Shown piece by piece: positions 18,659 through 27,772 of a stretch of DNA of 64,000 nucleotides. Every line of letters starts with the position of its first letter. Positions within the stretch are counted from its first letter, which is position 1. The DNA lies in contig JAIQFQ010000004.1 in assembly GCA_020073245.1 (NCBI GenBank), forward strand, positions 24,181-88,180. The letters are read 5' to 3'. The stretch comes from Terriglobia bacterium. Lineage in GTDB: Bacteria > Acidobacteriota > Thermoanaerobaculia > Thermoanaerobaculales > Thermoanaerobaculaceae. A program made the position numbers and the translations under genes. The notes below the pieces were generated by a model. That model was not told the DNA's origin and did not search any database. It saw nothing but the letters and a program-made list of their open reading frames with translations.

Positions 18659-20265
18659 GCGGCCTCCGGAGGTGGCTGGCGGAGGGCACGGCCCAGCGCT
18701 GGCTGACGGCCGCGGCCGTGCTCCTGGCGCTGGGGATGGTGGCCGGCCTCATCGGTGTCGTGGTCGAGGTCGCCGGTGGGTTCTTCTGGCCTCAGAGGCT
18801 TGTCGAACTCCAACTCGGCGACGGCAGCAACGTCCTCGGTGAGGTGTGGGACCGGGAATCCGACCCCGGTTCACCCGGGATGGAGCGGGTCCGCGTCAAG
18901 GTCGGCAATCGCGATCTCTTCGGGGCGGATTTCCGGTGGATCCGAGAAAGCGACGTCCGGAAGAGGGACTTTCCTGCCGGCGCGTGGCTCATCGAGCGCC
19001 GGGAGTACGGGAACTTCTACGGTTTCCCGATCCGTCTCGAACTGCCCTCCGCCACAGTTGCCGTGGCCGATCCGCTTTTCCGAACCGCACTAGCGCGTGA
19101 GGTGGACGGCGCCCACGATCTGGTGAGGGAAGAGCGAGGGCTTCTTCGCCGAGTGGATCGCCTGCACGCGCCCGTCGCCAAGCTGATGGTGCTTGTGGCA
19201 GCCGCCCAACGGAGAGGTGAAGATGCTCACGCGCTCGAGGCGCGGCTGGCGAATGCCCAGCGAAGCGAAGACGAGGCGACGCGGCCGATCATGGAACGGC
19301 TGGCGGCAGCTCGCCAGCGTCTCAACCAAGCCCGACTCGTGATGAGCACGGCGGACGGACGCGAGAAGCAGGTCCCGGTCTCCGCGGTCGTCCGGGCCGT
19401 ACCGGTGAACAGATTGGGCTCGGCCCAGAAGGTCGGTCTCTACGTCGAGCGATGGTGGGAATTCCTCGCGGACGAGCCGCGCGAGTCCAACACGGAGGGC
19501 GGGATCTTCCCTGCGATCTTCGGCACCGCGCTGATGGTGGTGCTCATGACCGTCGCCGTCGTGCCCCTCGGCGTCGTCACCGCCGTCTACCTCAACGAGT
19601 ACGCCAGGGAGGGCGCGCTTACCGCCGCGGTCCGCATCGCGCTCGCAAACCTCGCTGGCGTACCCTCGATCGTCTTCGGTGCATTTGGGCTGGCTTTCTT
19701 TGTGTACACGCTGGGGGGCGGCATCGACAGGCTCTTCTTCTCGAATGTGCTCCCGACGCCGACCTTCGGCACCGGTGGGATCACCTGGGCGGCGCTGACC
19801 CTGGCGCTGCTCACCCTGCCGGTGGTAGTGGTGGCGACCGAGGAAGGGCTGCAGGCGGTGCCGCAAGCGGTGCGGGACGGGGCACGGGCCCTCGGGGCCA
19901 CGCGCTGGCAGACCCTGCGCCGGGTCGTCCTACCGTATGCGATGCCGGGGATCCTTACCGGTGCGATCCTGGCGGTTGCCCGCGGGGCAGGCGAAGTCGC
20001 CCCGCTCATGCTGACCGGGGTGGTCAAGCTCGCACCAAACCTCCCTTTCGATTCCGTACCGCCGTTCCTCCACCTCGACCGGAAGTTCATGCACCTCGGG
20101 TTCCACATCTACGATGTCGGGTTTCAGTCGCCCAACGTGGAAGCCGCCAAGCCGATGGTCTACAACGCGGTCCTCGTGCTGATCGTGCTCGTCGTCGCCC
20201 TGAACTTGACCGCGATCATGTTGCGCAACCGCCTGCGACGCAAATTGAGAGGATCGGCGGTATGA
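18655..20265 (+). CDS. pstA: Phosphate ABC transporter permease PstA, long form
   Basis: ATG 18655 overlaps the pstC stop (ATGA). 536 aa. The tracked ORF 18496 start lies inside pstC. Core motif ALGATRWQTLRRVVLPYAMPGILTG. Confidence 0.88.
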   Translation: MSGLRRWLAEGTAQRWLTAAAVLLALGMVAGLIGVVVEVAGGFFWPQRLVELQLGDGSNVLGEVWDRESDPGSPGMERVRVKVGNRDLFGADFRWIRESDVRKRDFPAGAWLIERREYGNFYGFPIRLELPSATVAVADPLFRTALAREVDGAHDLVREERGLLRRVDRLHAPVAKLMVLVAAAQRRGEDAHALEARLANAQRSEDEATRPIMERLAAARQRLNQARLVMSTADGREKQVPVSAVVRAVPVNRLGSAQKVGLYVERWWEFLADEPRESNTEGGIFPAIFGTALMVVLMTVAVVPLGVVTAVYLNEYAREGALTAAVRIALANLAGVPSIVFGAFGLAFFVYTLGGGIDRLFFSNVLPTPTFGTGGITWAALTLALLTLPVVVVATEEGLQAVPQAVRDGARALGATRWQTLRRVVLPYAMPGILTGAILAVARGAGEVAPLMLTGVVKLAPNLPFDSVPPFLHLDRKFMHLGFHIYDVGFQSPNVEAAKPMVYNAVLVLIVLVVALNLTAIMLRNRLRRKLRGSAV

Positions 20266-21026
20266 GCGCACACCCCGAGGCGCTCGGCCTCAGAGACCTG
20301 GTTCTCGGTTTCGGCGAGACCGAGGTTCTGAAGGGGATCGACCTTTCGGTGTCCTCGCGGGGCGTGACGGCGCTCATCGGTCCCTCCGGGTGCGGGAAGT
20401 CGACGGTCCTTCGCTGCTTCAACCGCATGAACGACCATCTCGTAGGGTTCTGGCACCGCGGCGATATCTCCGTGACGGGGCGGGACGTCTACGACCCGAC
20501 CTGGTCGCTCGAGGCGTTGCGCTTCCAGGTCGGGATGGTGTTCCAGAAGCCCAATCCGTTTCCGCTCTCGATCAAGGAGAACGTGCTCTTCGGGCCGCGC
20601 CTGGCGGGCATCACGGAGACGGCGACACTGGATGCGATTCTCTCGCGTTCGCTTCAGCGCGCGAACCTGTGGGACGAGGCGAAGGACCGACTCGACGCCT
20701 CGGCGCTCGAGTTCTCGGGTGGGCAGCAGCAACGACTCTGCATCGCCCGGGCGCTTGCGTCGTCGCCCGACATCCTGCTGCTCGACGAGCCCGCTTCCGC
20801 GCTCGACCCAATCGCCACGGCGCGGCTGGAGGAGACGATCGCAGAGCTGTCGCAGGACATCGCGGTCCTGCTCGTGACGCATAACATGCAACAGGCGGCC
20901 CGGGTCGCACAACGCACGGCGTTTCTCTACCTCGGTCGCCTGGTGGAAGAAGGGGAAACCACGAAGCTGTTCTCGGCGCCGCGCGAAAGGCTGACGGAGG
21001 AGTACGTGACCGGTAGGTTCGGGTAG
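20262..21026 (+). CDS. pstB: Phosphate ABC transporter ATP-binding protein (copy 1)
   Basis: ATG 20262 overlaps the pstA stop. Walker [18 protein letters not shown], signature SGGQQQRL, Walker B ILLLDEP. The tracked ORF 19452 start lies inside pstA. Confidence 0.95.
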   Translation: MSAHPEALGLRDLVLGFGETEVLKGIDLSVSSRGVTALIGPSGCGKSTVLRCFNRMNDHLVGFWHRGDISVTGRDVYDPTWSLEALRFQVGMVFQKPNPFPLSIKENVLFGPRLAGITETATLDAILSRSLQRANLWDEAKDRLDASALEFSGGQQQRLCIARALASSPDILLLDEPASALDPIATARLEETIAELSQDIAVLLVTHNMQQAARVAQRTAFLYLGRLVEEGETTKLFSAPRERLTEEYVTGRFG

Positions 21027-21034
21027 GGGGACGT

Positions 21035-21712
21035 ATGCCTGAGAGACCTTTGGAACACGATCTGGAGGAGCTCAAGAAGCTGCTCCTCACCATGGCTGGA
21101 GAGGTGGAGCGTCAGCTCGGCCTCGCCATTCGCGCGCTGGTCGAACGTGACAGCACCCTGGCGGAAGAGGTGATCGCGGCGGACGCGTTGATCGACCGGC
21201 GTGAGGTCGAAGTGGATCACCGGGTCGTCGAGCTGATCGTCCGCGCACGGCCGATGGCCCGCGACCTCCGCCTGGCGATGACCGCCGTCAAGATCGCCCC
21301 GGACCTCGAGCGCGTGGCGGACCACGCCGTGGACATCGCCCGGCAGGCCCTCGTGTTGAACAAGGTGCCGCCGCTCAAGGCGTTCATCACCATCCCCCGC
21401 ATGGCCGACGAGGCCACCGAGATGGTCCGGGACGCCATCGGCGCGTTCGTTCAGGGCGACTCCCGGCTCGCGCGTCAGGTCATCGCCCGCGACGACACAG
21501 TGGACGACATGCACGAGCAGATCTTCCGCGAGCTGCTCACATACATGATGGAGGATCCCAAGACGATCCACCGGGCCCTCGCTTTGCTGTTGGCGTCCCG
21601 CTCACTGGAGCGGATTGCGGACCAAGCGACCAACATCGCGGAGCAGGTCGTGTACCTGGTGGAGGCGGAGGACATCCGGCACCGGCACGGGGAGGGAGCG
21701 ACGAGCGGGTGA
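21035..21712 (+). CDS. phoU: Phosphate signalling complex protein PhoU
   Basis: 225 aa with two PhoU repeats ([11 protein letters not shown]... and [12 protein letters not shown]). Confidence 0.93.
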   Translation: MPERPLEHDLEELKKLLLTMAGEVERQLGLAIRALVERDSTLAEEVIAADALIDRREVEVDHRVVELIVRARPMARDLRLAMTAVKIAPDLERVADHAVDIARQALVLNKVPPLKAFITIPRMADEATEMVRDAIGAFVQGDSRLARQVIARDDTVDDMHEQIFRELLTYMMEDPKTIHRALALLLASRSLERIADQATNIAEQVVYLVEAEDIRHRHGEGATSG

Positions 21713-22470
21713 GCGCCGGCACGCGTTTCTCGCTCGCTGGTGTGACCTGCCGCTACGGCGGGGCGGTGGCCGTGCGCGACGTCACGATGGACATCCCGAG
21801 CCACGGTGTGACGGCGTTCATCGGTCCTTCGGGGTGCGGCAAATCGACGATCCTGCGCTGCCTCAACCGTATGAACGACGTGGTTCCGGGGTTCTCACTG
21901 ACCGGCCAGGTCCTACTCGACGGCGAGGACATCTACACTCCGACCACCGACCCGGTGGCCGTCCGCCGCCGTGTCGGGATGGTCTTCCAACGCTCCAACC
22001 CCTTCCCGGCGTCGATCTTCGACAACGTTTCTTACGGGATGCGGTTGAACCACGAGCGGTCGCGGGCGGAGCTCGAAGTCAGGGCGGAGGAAGCCCTGCG
22101 CGCGGCCGGTCTCTGGGACGAGGTCAAGGACCGCTTGGACACCCCCGCGAGCATGCTCTCCGGCGGCCAACAACAGCGGCTCTGCATCGCCCGGGCGCTT
22201 GCGGTGGAGCCGGAAGTTCTCCTCTTCGACGAACCCGCGTCGGCGCTCGACCCAATCTCGACCCAGCATGTGGAGGAGCTCGTTCTCGAGCTGGGGACGA
22301 AGCTCACCGTGGTGATCGTGACGCACAACCTCCAACAAGCCTCCAGGGTGGCCGACCGCACCGCGTTCTTCCTGCTTGGTCGTCTCGTGGAGTACGCTCC
22401 TACCGTGAACCTCTTCGCCAGCCCGCGTGACTCGCAGACAGAAGCGTACGTGTCGGGACGGTTCGGATGA
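21709..22470 (+). CDS. pstB: Phosphate ABC transporter ATP-binding protein (copy 2)
   Basis: GTG start overlaps the phoU stop (GTGA). Walker [32 protein letters not shown]. Full length (253 aa). Confidence 0.93.
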   Translation: MSAGTRFSLAGVTCRYGGAVAVRDVTMDIPSHGVTAFIGPSGCGKSTILRCLNRMNDVVPGFSLTGQVLLDGEDIYTPTTDPVAVRRRVGMVFQRSNPFPASIFDNVSYGMRLNHERSRAELEVRAEEALRAAGLWDEVKDRLDTPASMLSGGQQQRLCIARALAVEPEVLLFDEPASALDPISTQHVEELVLELGTKLTVVIVTHNLQQASRVADRTAFFLLGRLVEYAPTVNLFASPRDSQTEAYVSGRFG

Positions 22471-23153
22471 GCACACGGGTCTACGTGGTCGAGGACGACG
22501 CCGACATCGCAGCCATGGTGCGGCGCCAGCTGGAGCGTGCGGGAAATTGCTCGGTCACGACCTTCGCTCGCGGTGATGAGTTCCTCTCGGCGTGCGAGCT
22601 TGCGACGCCCGACCTCGTCATCCTCGATCTCAACCTTCCCGACACCGATGGCCTCGTGCTTTGCAGAGAGCTTCGCAGCTGGGAGGCGACACGCACCGTG
22701 CCGATCCTGATGCTCACGGCGCGGACCGCCGAGGCCGACCGCGTCACGGGCCTCGACCTCGGCGCGGACGACTACCTCACCAAACCGTTCTCACTGCGCG
22801 AGCTGGCGGCACGCGTCTCCGCGCTGCTGAGAAGGGTCGAATGGGAGCGCGGGACGCCGGGCGGTATATACCGCGACTCGCGTCTGACGGTCGACCCGGC
22901 ACGGGTCCAGGTCGTCCGAGACGGTGCCGAGGTCCATCTCACCCGCCGCGAATTCGCCGTGCTCTGGCACCTCATTTCACTGTGCGGGCGCGTGGCTTCG
23001 CGCGAACAGATCCTCGACGCTGTGTGGGGCCTCGCCTCGAGCGTGGACGCCCGCACCGTAGACGCTCACATCAGGACGTTGCGCCGGAAGCTGGGTGAGG
23101 ACGTGATCGAGACCCTGATCGGCTCGGGCTACAGGTTTCGGAGTCGGCCATGA
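22467..23153 (+). CDS. phoB: OmpR-family response regulator, PhoB-like
   Basis: 228 aa. Receiver ([31 protein letters not shown]) plus winged-helix output ([12 protein letters not shown]). ATGA overlap with pstB copy 2. Confidence 0.9.
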   Translation: MSTRVYVVEDDADIAAMVRRQLERAGNCSVTTFARGDEFLSACELATPDLVILDLNLPDTDGLVLCRELRSWEATRTVPILMLTARTAEADRVTGLDLGADDYLTKPFSLRELAARVSALLRRVEWERGTPGGIYRDSRLTVDPARVQVVRDGAEVHLTRREFAVLWHLISLCGRVASREQILDAVWGLASSVDARTVDAHIRTLRRKLGEDVIETLIGSGYRFRSRP

Positions 23154-24817
23154 GGAGGCGCGGCTCACCGGGCCTTCTGGTCGGTCTCACGACGCTGACC
23201 GTCGCGCTGGCCGGTCTCACGATGACCGAAGGACTCTACCGTTCCCAGGCCCGAAAGGAGCTGACGGAGCGCCTGCGAGGCTCGGCGGATGCCCTCGCGC
23301 CGCGATCGACCGATCTGTTTGCACTTTCCTCGGACCAGGCCGACGCCGAAATCAGGCGTTGGGCGGCCGCCAGCGGACTCAGGGTGACGCTGATCGGAGC
23401 GGACGGAATAGTCCATGCCGACTCCTGGACACTTCCGGCCCTCCTACCGAGACTCGAGAACCACAGCTCGCGGCCGGAGGTCGTGGCCGCCCGCACCGGG
23501 GACGTCGGCATCGATCGGCGGCGCTCAGTCACCACCGATCACCCCACAACGTATGTGGCGCGCATAGTGGGTCCGGCGGACAACCCGGTCGGGTTCCTGC
23601 GCCTGGCCCAGGAAGAGACTCCTCGTGGCTGGCCGTGGGGGGCGATCCTCCTGATGGGTGTCACGGCGTTGGTGGCCGGCACTCTGGCGCACCGCTGGGA
23701 CCGGCGCTACCACGAGAGCGCGGTGCGCCATCTGGCTGCGTGGACGGATCTACCGGCCAGTGCGGACCTTGAGGCCATCGCCGACGACGTAGACCGGCGG
23801 TTCCGGACGACGAAGGAGGACCTCACCCGCGAGCTCGAGGCGACGCGCGCTGCTTTGGAACAAGTCGCCGAAGGAGTCGTGCTGCTGGATCGCGAGGGGA
23901 TCGTGCGCTACGCGAACGCGGCCGCCGGGACGCTCCTCCGGGTCCCGCTCGCGCCCGGGCGCGCGCTGGTGGAAGCGGTACGCCTGCCCGAGGTTCTCGG
24001 CGTCGTGAACGAGGTTCTCTCGGGCGGCGGGACGCACCACACCGCGGTCGGCGGCCCCGAGGGCCAGGAGTTGGCGGTCCGGGCGGTCGCAGTGCCACAC
24101 CCTGTGCTCGCGGTCGCGGTGGTGCTCGCCGACGTTCGCGGGGAACGCCAACTCGAGCGGGCGCGGCGCGCGCTGGTGGCCGATCTCGCCCACGAGCTGC
24201 GGACGCCTCTGACCGTTCTCTCCGGGCTCGCAGAGGAGTTGACGGAGGTCCGTGGCAACGAGGACCTTACCGCCACCATGGCGCGCCAGGTCCACAAGTT
24301 GAGGACATTTGCCGAGGAACTCGAGGAGCTCGCTCGGATCGAGTCCGGTCAGCTGAAGCTGCACCTCGAGGACGTCGATGCGGCATCAGTGACGAGGCAG
24401 GTCAGCGGGGACCTCCGGACTGTTGCCCAGGAGCGCGGTGTCACCGTGACGGTGGTCGGGGGTGCGCCGCAGATGAGGACCGATCCGGTGCGCCTCGCCG
24501 AGGTGCTCACGAACCTCGTGGACAACGGCATCCGGTACAACCGGGCCGGCGGGCAGGTCACGGTTCGAATCGACGCGGCGGAGGACGGCGTTCGCATCGC
24601 CGTCGAGGACACCGGCGTCGGCATCCCCGCCTCGGAGGTGGGGCTGGTTTTCCAGCGCTTCTACCGAGTGCGAAGGCAGGCCGAGACCGAAGGCGGGAGC
24701 GGGCTCGGTCTAGCCATCGTGAAGCACCTCGTAAAGGCCCTTGGCGGAACGGTCAACCTTACGTCGCGCATCGGGCAGGGCACGACGATCACGCTCCTCT
24801 TCCCGACCACGAGTTGA
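23150..24817 (+). CDS. phoR: Sensor histidine kinase, PhoR-like
   Basis: 555 aa. H-box LAHELRTPLT, N-box LVDNGIRYN, G-boxes DTGVGIP and GGSGLGLAIVKH. ATGA overlap with the response regulator gene. Confidence 0.88.
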   Translation: MRRRGSPGLLVGLTTLTVALAGLTMTEGLYRSQARKELTERLRGSADALAPRSTDLFALSSDQADAEIRRWAAASGLRVTLIGADGIVHADSWTLPALLPRLENHSSRPEVVAARTGDVGIDRRRSVTTDHPTTYVARIVGPADNPVGFLRLAQEETPRGWPWGAILLMGVTALVAGTLAHRWDRRYHESAVRHLAAWTDLPASADLEAIADDVDRRFRTTKEDLTRELEATRAALEQVAEGVVLLDREGIVRYANAAAGTLLRVPLAPGRALVEAVRLPEVLGVVNEVLSGGGTHHTAVGGPEGQELAVRAVAVPHPVLAVAVVLADVRGERQLERARRALVADLAHELRTPLTVLSGLAEELTEVRGNEDLTATMARQVHKLRTFAEELEELARIESGQLKLHLEDVDAASVTRQVSGDLRTVAQERGVTVTVVGGAPQMRTDPVRLAEVLTNLVDNGIRYNRAGGQVTVRIDAAEDGVRIAVEDTGVGIPASEVGLVFQRFYRVRRQAETEGGSGLGLAIVKHLVKALGGTVNLTSRIGQGTTITLLFPTTS

Positions 24818-25247
24818 AGCCGACACGTCAAGCAGGCTCGAGGGTCATCTACATCGGCCAACCCTGAGGGGCAGAGCTGCTGGGGAGCGGAGGACCGTGC
24901 GGAAGAAGGACAGAACCCGATGGTTTCTTCGTAGCTCCTCGCCCACGCCCGATGCCAATCCTTCAGGGGAGTGACTGGGGGTCTGAGCCCAATCCGATCA
25001 GCCCGGGTTCCAACTCTCGACTTGGACCGATTGCCGAGGGGGAGATCACCGGATGAGGTTGCCCTGCTTGAGCCGTGCGTTGCCGAGATCTTGCTGAGCC
25101 GGCGGGCGAGGAAGTAAGGGGGAAAGCGGGTGGTGCGAAAAGAACGCATCCCTTGTACCCACTTTGGAAGTATGGCCGCCTGCGGCTGGGAGCCCCTCGC
25201 TTGCCGACCTCGGGAAGAAGTACCCGGCCGAGGCAACTGAAATTGAG

Positions 25248-25305
25248 TTCACGCCCACTTCACGCTGAAGCCATGATCGCTTCACATTGGCGGGCGATCC
25301 TTCAC
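25248..25305 (+). promoter_or_regulatory. Array of four Pho-box-like TTCAC direct repeats upstream of the PHP phosphoesterase gene
   Basis: TTCAC at 25248, 25259, 25281 and 25301. The first three are in exact 11/22-bp register and the fourth is 2 bp off. Units gTTCACgcc, cTTCACgct, cTTCACatt, cTTCACgtg. The ATG is at 25354 with GGAGGAG SD. Confidence 0.5.
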
Positions 25306-25353
25306 GTGGTGCGATGGGACAGCACCTGGACCCCGCCGCGCTGCGGAGGAGCG

Positions 25354-26268
25354 ATGCAGTACCTGAACATGGACATGCACGTCCACTCCTGTTTCTCGGT
25401 TGAGGCTATCCCGGGTCTCCGGGACGTCACGTTCTCGCCGAAGGAGACGCCTGACGAGCTGTACGAGTCCGCCAAGGCGCGTGCCATGGACTTCGTGACG
25501 ATCACGGACCACGACACCATTGATGGGTGCCTGGACTTCATGGCTCGCCACCCCGAGGTGGAAGACTTCGTCGTGGGCGAGGAGGTCTCGACCGAGCTTC
25601 CTGTCAGCAAGCTCACCGTCCACATCAACGTCTACGGGCACGACCGAAGACAACACGAGGAGCTCCAGCGCCGGCGTGGGGATGCGTTCGCCGTGGCGGA
25701 GTACTGTGGGGCGAAAGGGTTGTTCTTCGTCTGGAATCACCCTTTCTACCGCGAGAACCTCTCCACCATCGAGGAGGAGGAGTTCATGCGGCTGGTCGCC
25801 AACGTGCCTGTGATCGAGGTGCGCAACGGCGGCCGGATGCAGGTGCTCAATGTGCTTGCCGAGGAACTGGCGGTCCGCGAGGGCAAGGCGATGCAGGGCG
25901 GCAGTGACACCCACACGGGCAACATCGGCTCGGTTTACACGGCGGTGCCCTGCGAGGACCTCGCGGGGTTCTTCGCCGGCATCCTTGCCCGAACGAGCCG
26001 GATCGTCGGACACCACTCGACGAGGAGGAACTTCCTCCTCCACAACTACCTCGCTGGCCGGCGCCACGTCGTGGACCTCAACTGCCGGCGGATGACGTCG
26101 CCGCTTCAGCGCGTCCGAATGCGCGGCCTGGGGGTTCTCGCTTTCGCGTTCTCGCCGTGGGTCGTGCGACGCCACTTTCGGAACCAGATCGATATGGCCC
26201 GAATCGCGCTCTCAACCCTCAAGGCGTTCGGCCACCTCAACGAAGCACTGCTGCTCGACGCGGCGTAG
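25354..26268 (+). CDS. PHP-domain metal-dependent phosphoesterase
   Basis: ATG 25354 within tracked ORF 25075..26268. MDMHVHSCFS, DFVTITDHDTIDG, GGSDTHTG are PHP (polymerase/histidinol-phosphatase) metal-ligand motifs. Confidence 0.75.
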   Translation: MQYLNMDMHVHSCFSVEAIPGLRDVTFSPKETPDELYESAKARAMDFVTITDHDTIDGCLDFMARHPEVEDFVVGEEVSTELPVSKLTVHINVYGHDRRQHEELQRRRGDAFAVAEYCGAKGLFFVWNHPFYRENLSTIEEEEFMRLVANVPVIEVRNGGRMQVLNVLAEELAVREGKAMQGGSDTHTGNIGSVYTAVPCEDLAGFFAGILARTSRIVGHHSTRRNFLLHNYLAGRRHVVDLNCRRMTSPLQRVRMRGLGVLAFAFSPWVVRRHFRNQIDMARIALSTLKAFGHLNEALLLDAA

Positions 26269-26368
26269 GAACGACAAAGCCGCGACCCAGCCCGGAGCAG
26301 GCTCGGCGCCAACGCGATTCGGGAGGCGGGCTGGTCGACCTGCCCGGTGGATCTCACGGCAGACGTGT

Positions 26369-27682
26369 TCAACCCTCCGTAAGCTGCTGCACCACCTCGG
26401 TAATCCGAGCCGTCCCGAACTTGGGCAGGCGTTGGTAGCCTGACCACGCCGCTCCGGCGAGCGTTCCGTCGTCGAGCCACTCGCGTAGCCACTCCCAGGT
26501 GGTCCCCGGGCTGTCCTGCTTGAAACCCGCGCCCCGGTGCAGGATCCACCGCCGGTTGATACGCTCGTGGACGCCGACGGGCCACGAGAACACGAGGGGG
26601 ATCCCGAGGGCGCCGTAGAACGAGAGCTCCGAGGGCTTGGTCCAGAGGATGTCAGTGCGCACCATCAGGGCGTTGAAGCGCCCGAAGTACTCCGGAAACG
26701 TTGTTGCGGACACGACCTCGATCCCATCGCCGAGCAGCTCGCCGAGCCCGGCGTCCCGCACCCAGCGCTCCAGGCGCGCAGCCACGTCGCAGCGGACCCC
26801 GGCGACCAGGGCAAGCCGCAGCTGCCTCTGTTCCAGCGGCCGGCGCAGCGAGGAAATGAAAGAGCGGGCGATCCCGAGCTGGGCCCCTGCGCCACCAACC
26901 GCAAAGGTGAGTAGGGGCGGGCGCCCCTCCTCAGCTGCAGGCAGCGCGCCGAGCAGGTGAGCGATCTCCTCCCGGAGCTGCTCGCGGAACACGCCGCGAC
27001 GGTCGAGCCGCACGAGGCGCGCGCCGAGGTTGGCACGCAGCACCGCGAGGTTCGGGCCGCCCACCAGCTCCGGCGGCAGCGGAAACCCGGTTAGGTGGAT
27101 GAACTCGGGCCGGACGCCGAACGCTCGCAGGCGGCGCAGGGCGCGCTCGGAGGGCACACAGTAGTGCACGGTGGAGTGAGCGGGCCAGCGTGAGACCCAG
27201 ACGCGGTTGATGTCGGAATCCGTCACCACGCAGACCGTGCGGGGATAGCCGAGGAGATCCGCGATCACCGCCGGCGCGTAGAACGTCGTCACCAGCGTTG
27301 CGTCCTCCCGGTGCAAGAAGTCGAGGGTGCCGCGGCCGAGCCCACGCCGGGCAAGTGCCTCGAGCATGGCCACGCCGAGGGTCGGCCGTGACTGGTCTCG
27401 CGCGCCGTAGAGTTGCGGGATGAACGTGATCCCCTCGAGGAGCCGGCGCATCGGCCGGCCCACGACCGGGAGCTGCGAGGAGCGCGACAGCATCTCGTAA
27501 AGCGCACGCACCTGTCCCCACCGCTTCTGCTCCGCCGGGGATGCTAGCGGCGGCCGGTCGATCTCGAGAACCGGCGCCGCGAGGGCCGGCGCCAACGCAT
27601 GCGCCGCCCGCAGGTGGCCGTATCCCATAGCCACCGCGACCAGGGCCACCTTGCGCCCCGCCGGGATCCCGCCGTCCGCCAT
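26369..27682 (-). CDS. GT-B glycosyltransferase, MGDG-synthase / MurG-like (GT28-like), tentative
   Basis: ATG 27682 (GGAGG 4 nt upstream) within tracked ORF 26369..27718. N-terminal KVALVAVAMGYGHLRAAHAL resembles the G.GH..AA motif of diacylglycerol glycosyltransferases. About 437 aa. Confidence 0.55.
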   Translation of the reverse strand: MADGGIPAGRKVALVAVAMGYGHLRAAHALAPALAAPVLEIDRPPLASPAEQKRWGQVRALYEMLSRSSQLPVVGRPMRRLLEGITFIPQLYGARDQSRPTLGVAMLEALARRGLGRGTLDFLHREDATLVTTFYAPAVIADLLGYPRTVCVVTDSDINRVWVSRWPAHSTVHYCVPSERALRRLRAFGVRPEFIHLTGFPLPPELVGGPNLAVLRANLGARLVRLDRRGVFREQLREEIAHLLGALPAAEEGRPPLLTFAVGGAGAQLGIARSFISSLRRPLEQRQLRLALVAGVRCDVAARLERWVRDAGLGELLGDGIEVVSATTFPEYFGRFNALMVRTDILWTKPSELSFYGALGIPLVFSWPVGVHERINRRWILHRGAGFKQDSPGTTWEWLREWLDDGTLAGAAWSGYQRLPKFGTARITEVVQQLTEG

Positions 27683-27744
27683 CTCGCCTCCGCGACTCGG
27701 GAGCGTAGCACTGCACACGCGCTTCGCCCCGCCTTCGCACGACC

Positions 27745-27762
27745 TTCACCGCCGCAGTTCAC
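27745..27762 (+). promoter_or_regulatory. Two further TTCAC repeats (13-bp spacing) just upstream of the GT21-like gene; weak Pho-box candidate
   Basis: cTTCACcgccgcagTTCACgctg. The flanks closely resemble the pair at 25248-25266 (gTTCACgcccacTTCACgctg). The spacing is 13 rather than 11 bp and the second repeat ends only 10 nt before the ATG at 27773. Confidence 0.25.
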
Positions 27763-27772
27763 GCTGCATGCG

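Noticed and set aside
24901-24935. GACAGAACCCG... resembling the conserved 3' region (ACAGAACCCGGCUUA) of bacterial RNase P RNA
   Set aside because: Only about 10 nt match. The upstream about 300 nt that an RNase P RNA would need overlap phoR. The GGAAAGUCCGGGC motif is absent on either strand.
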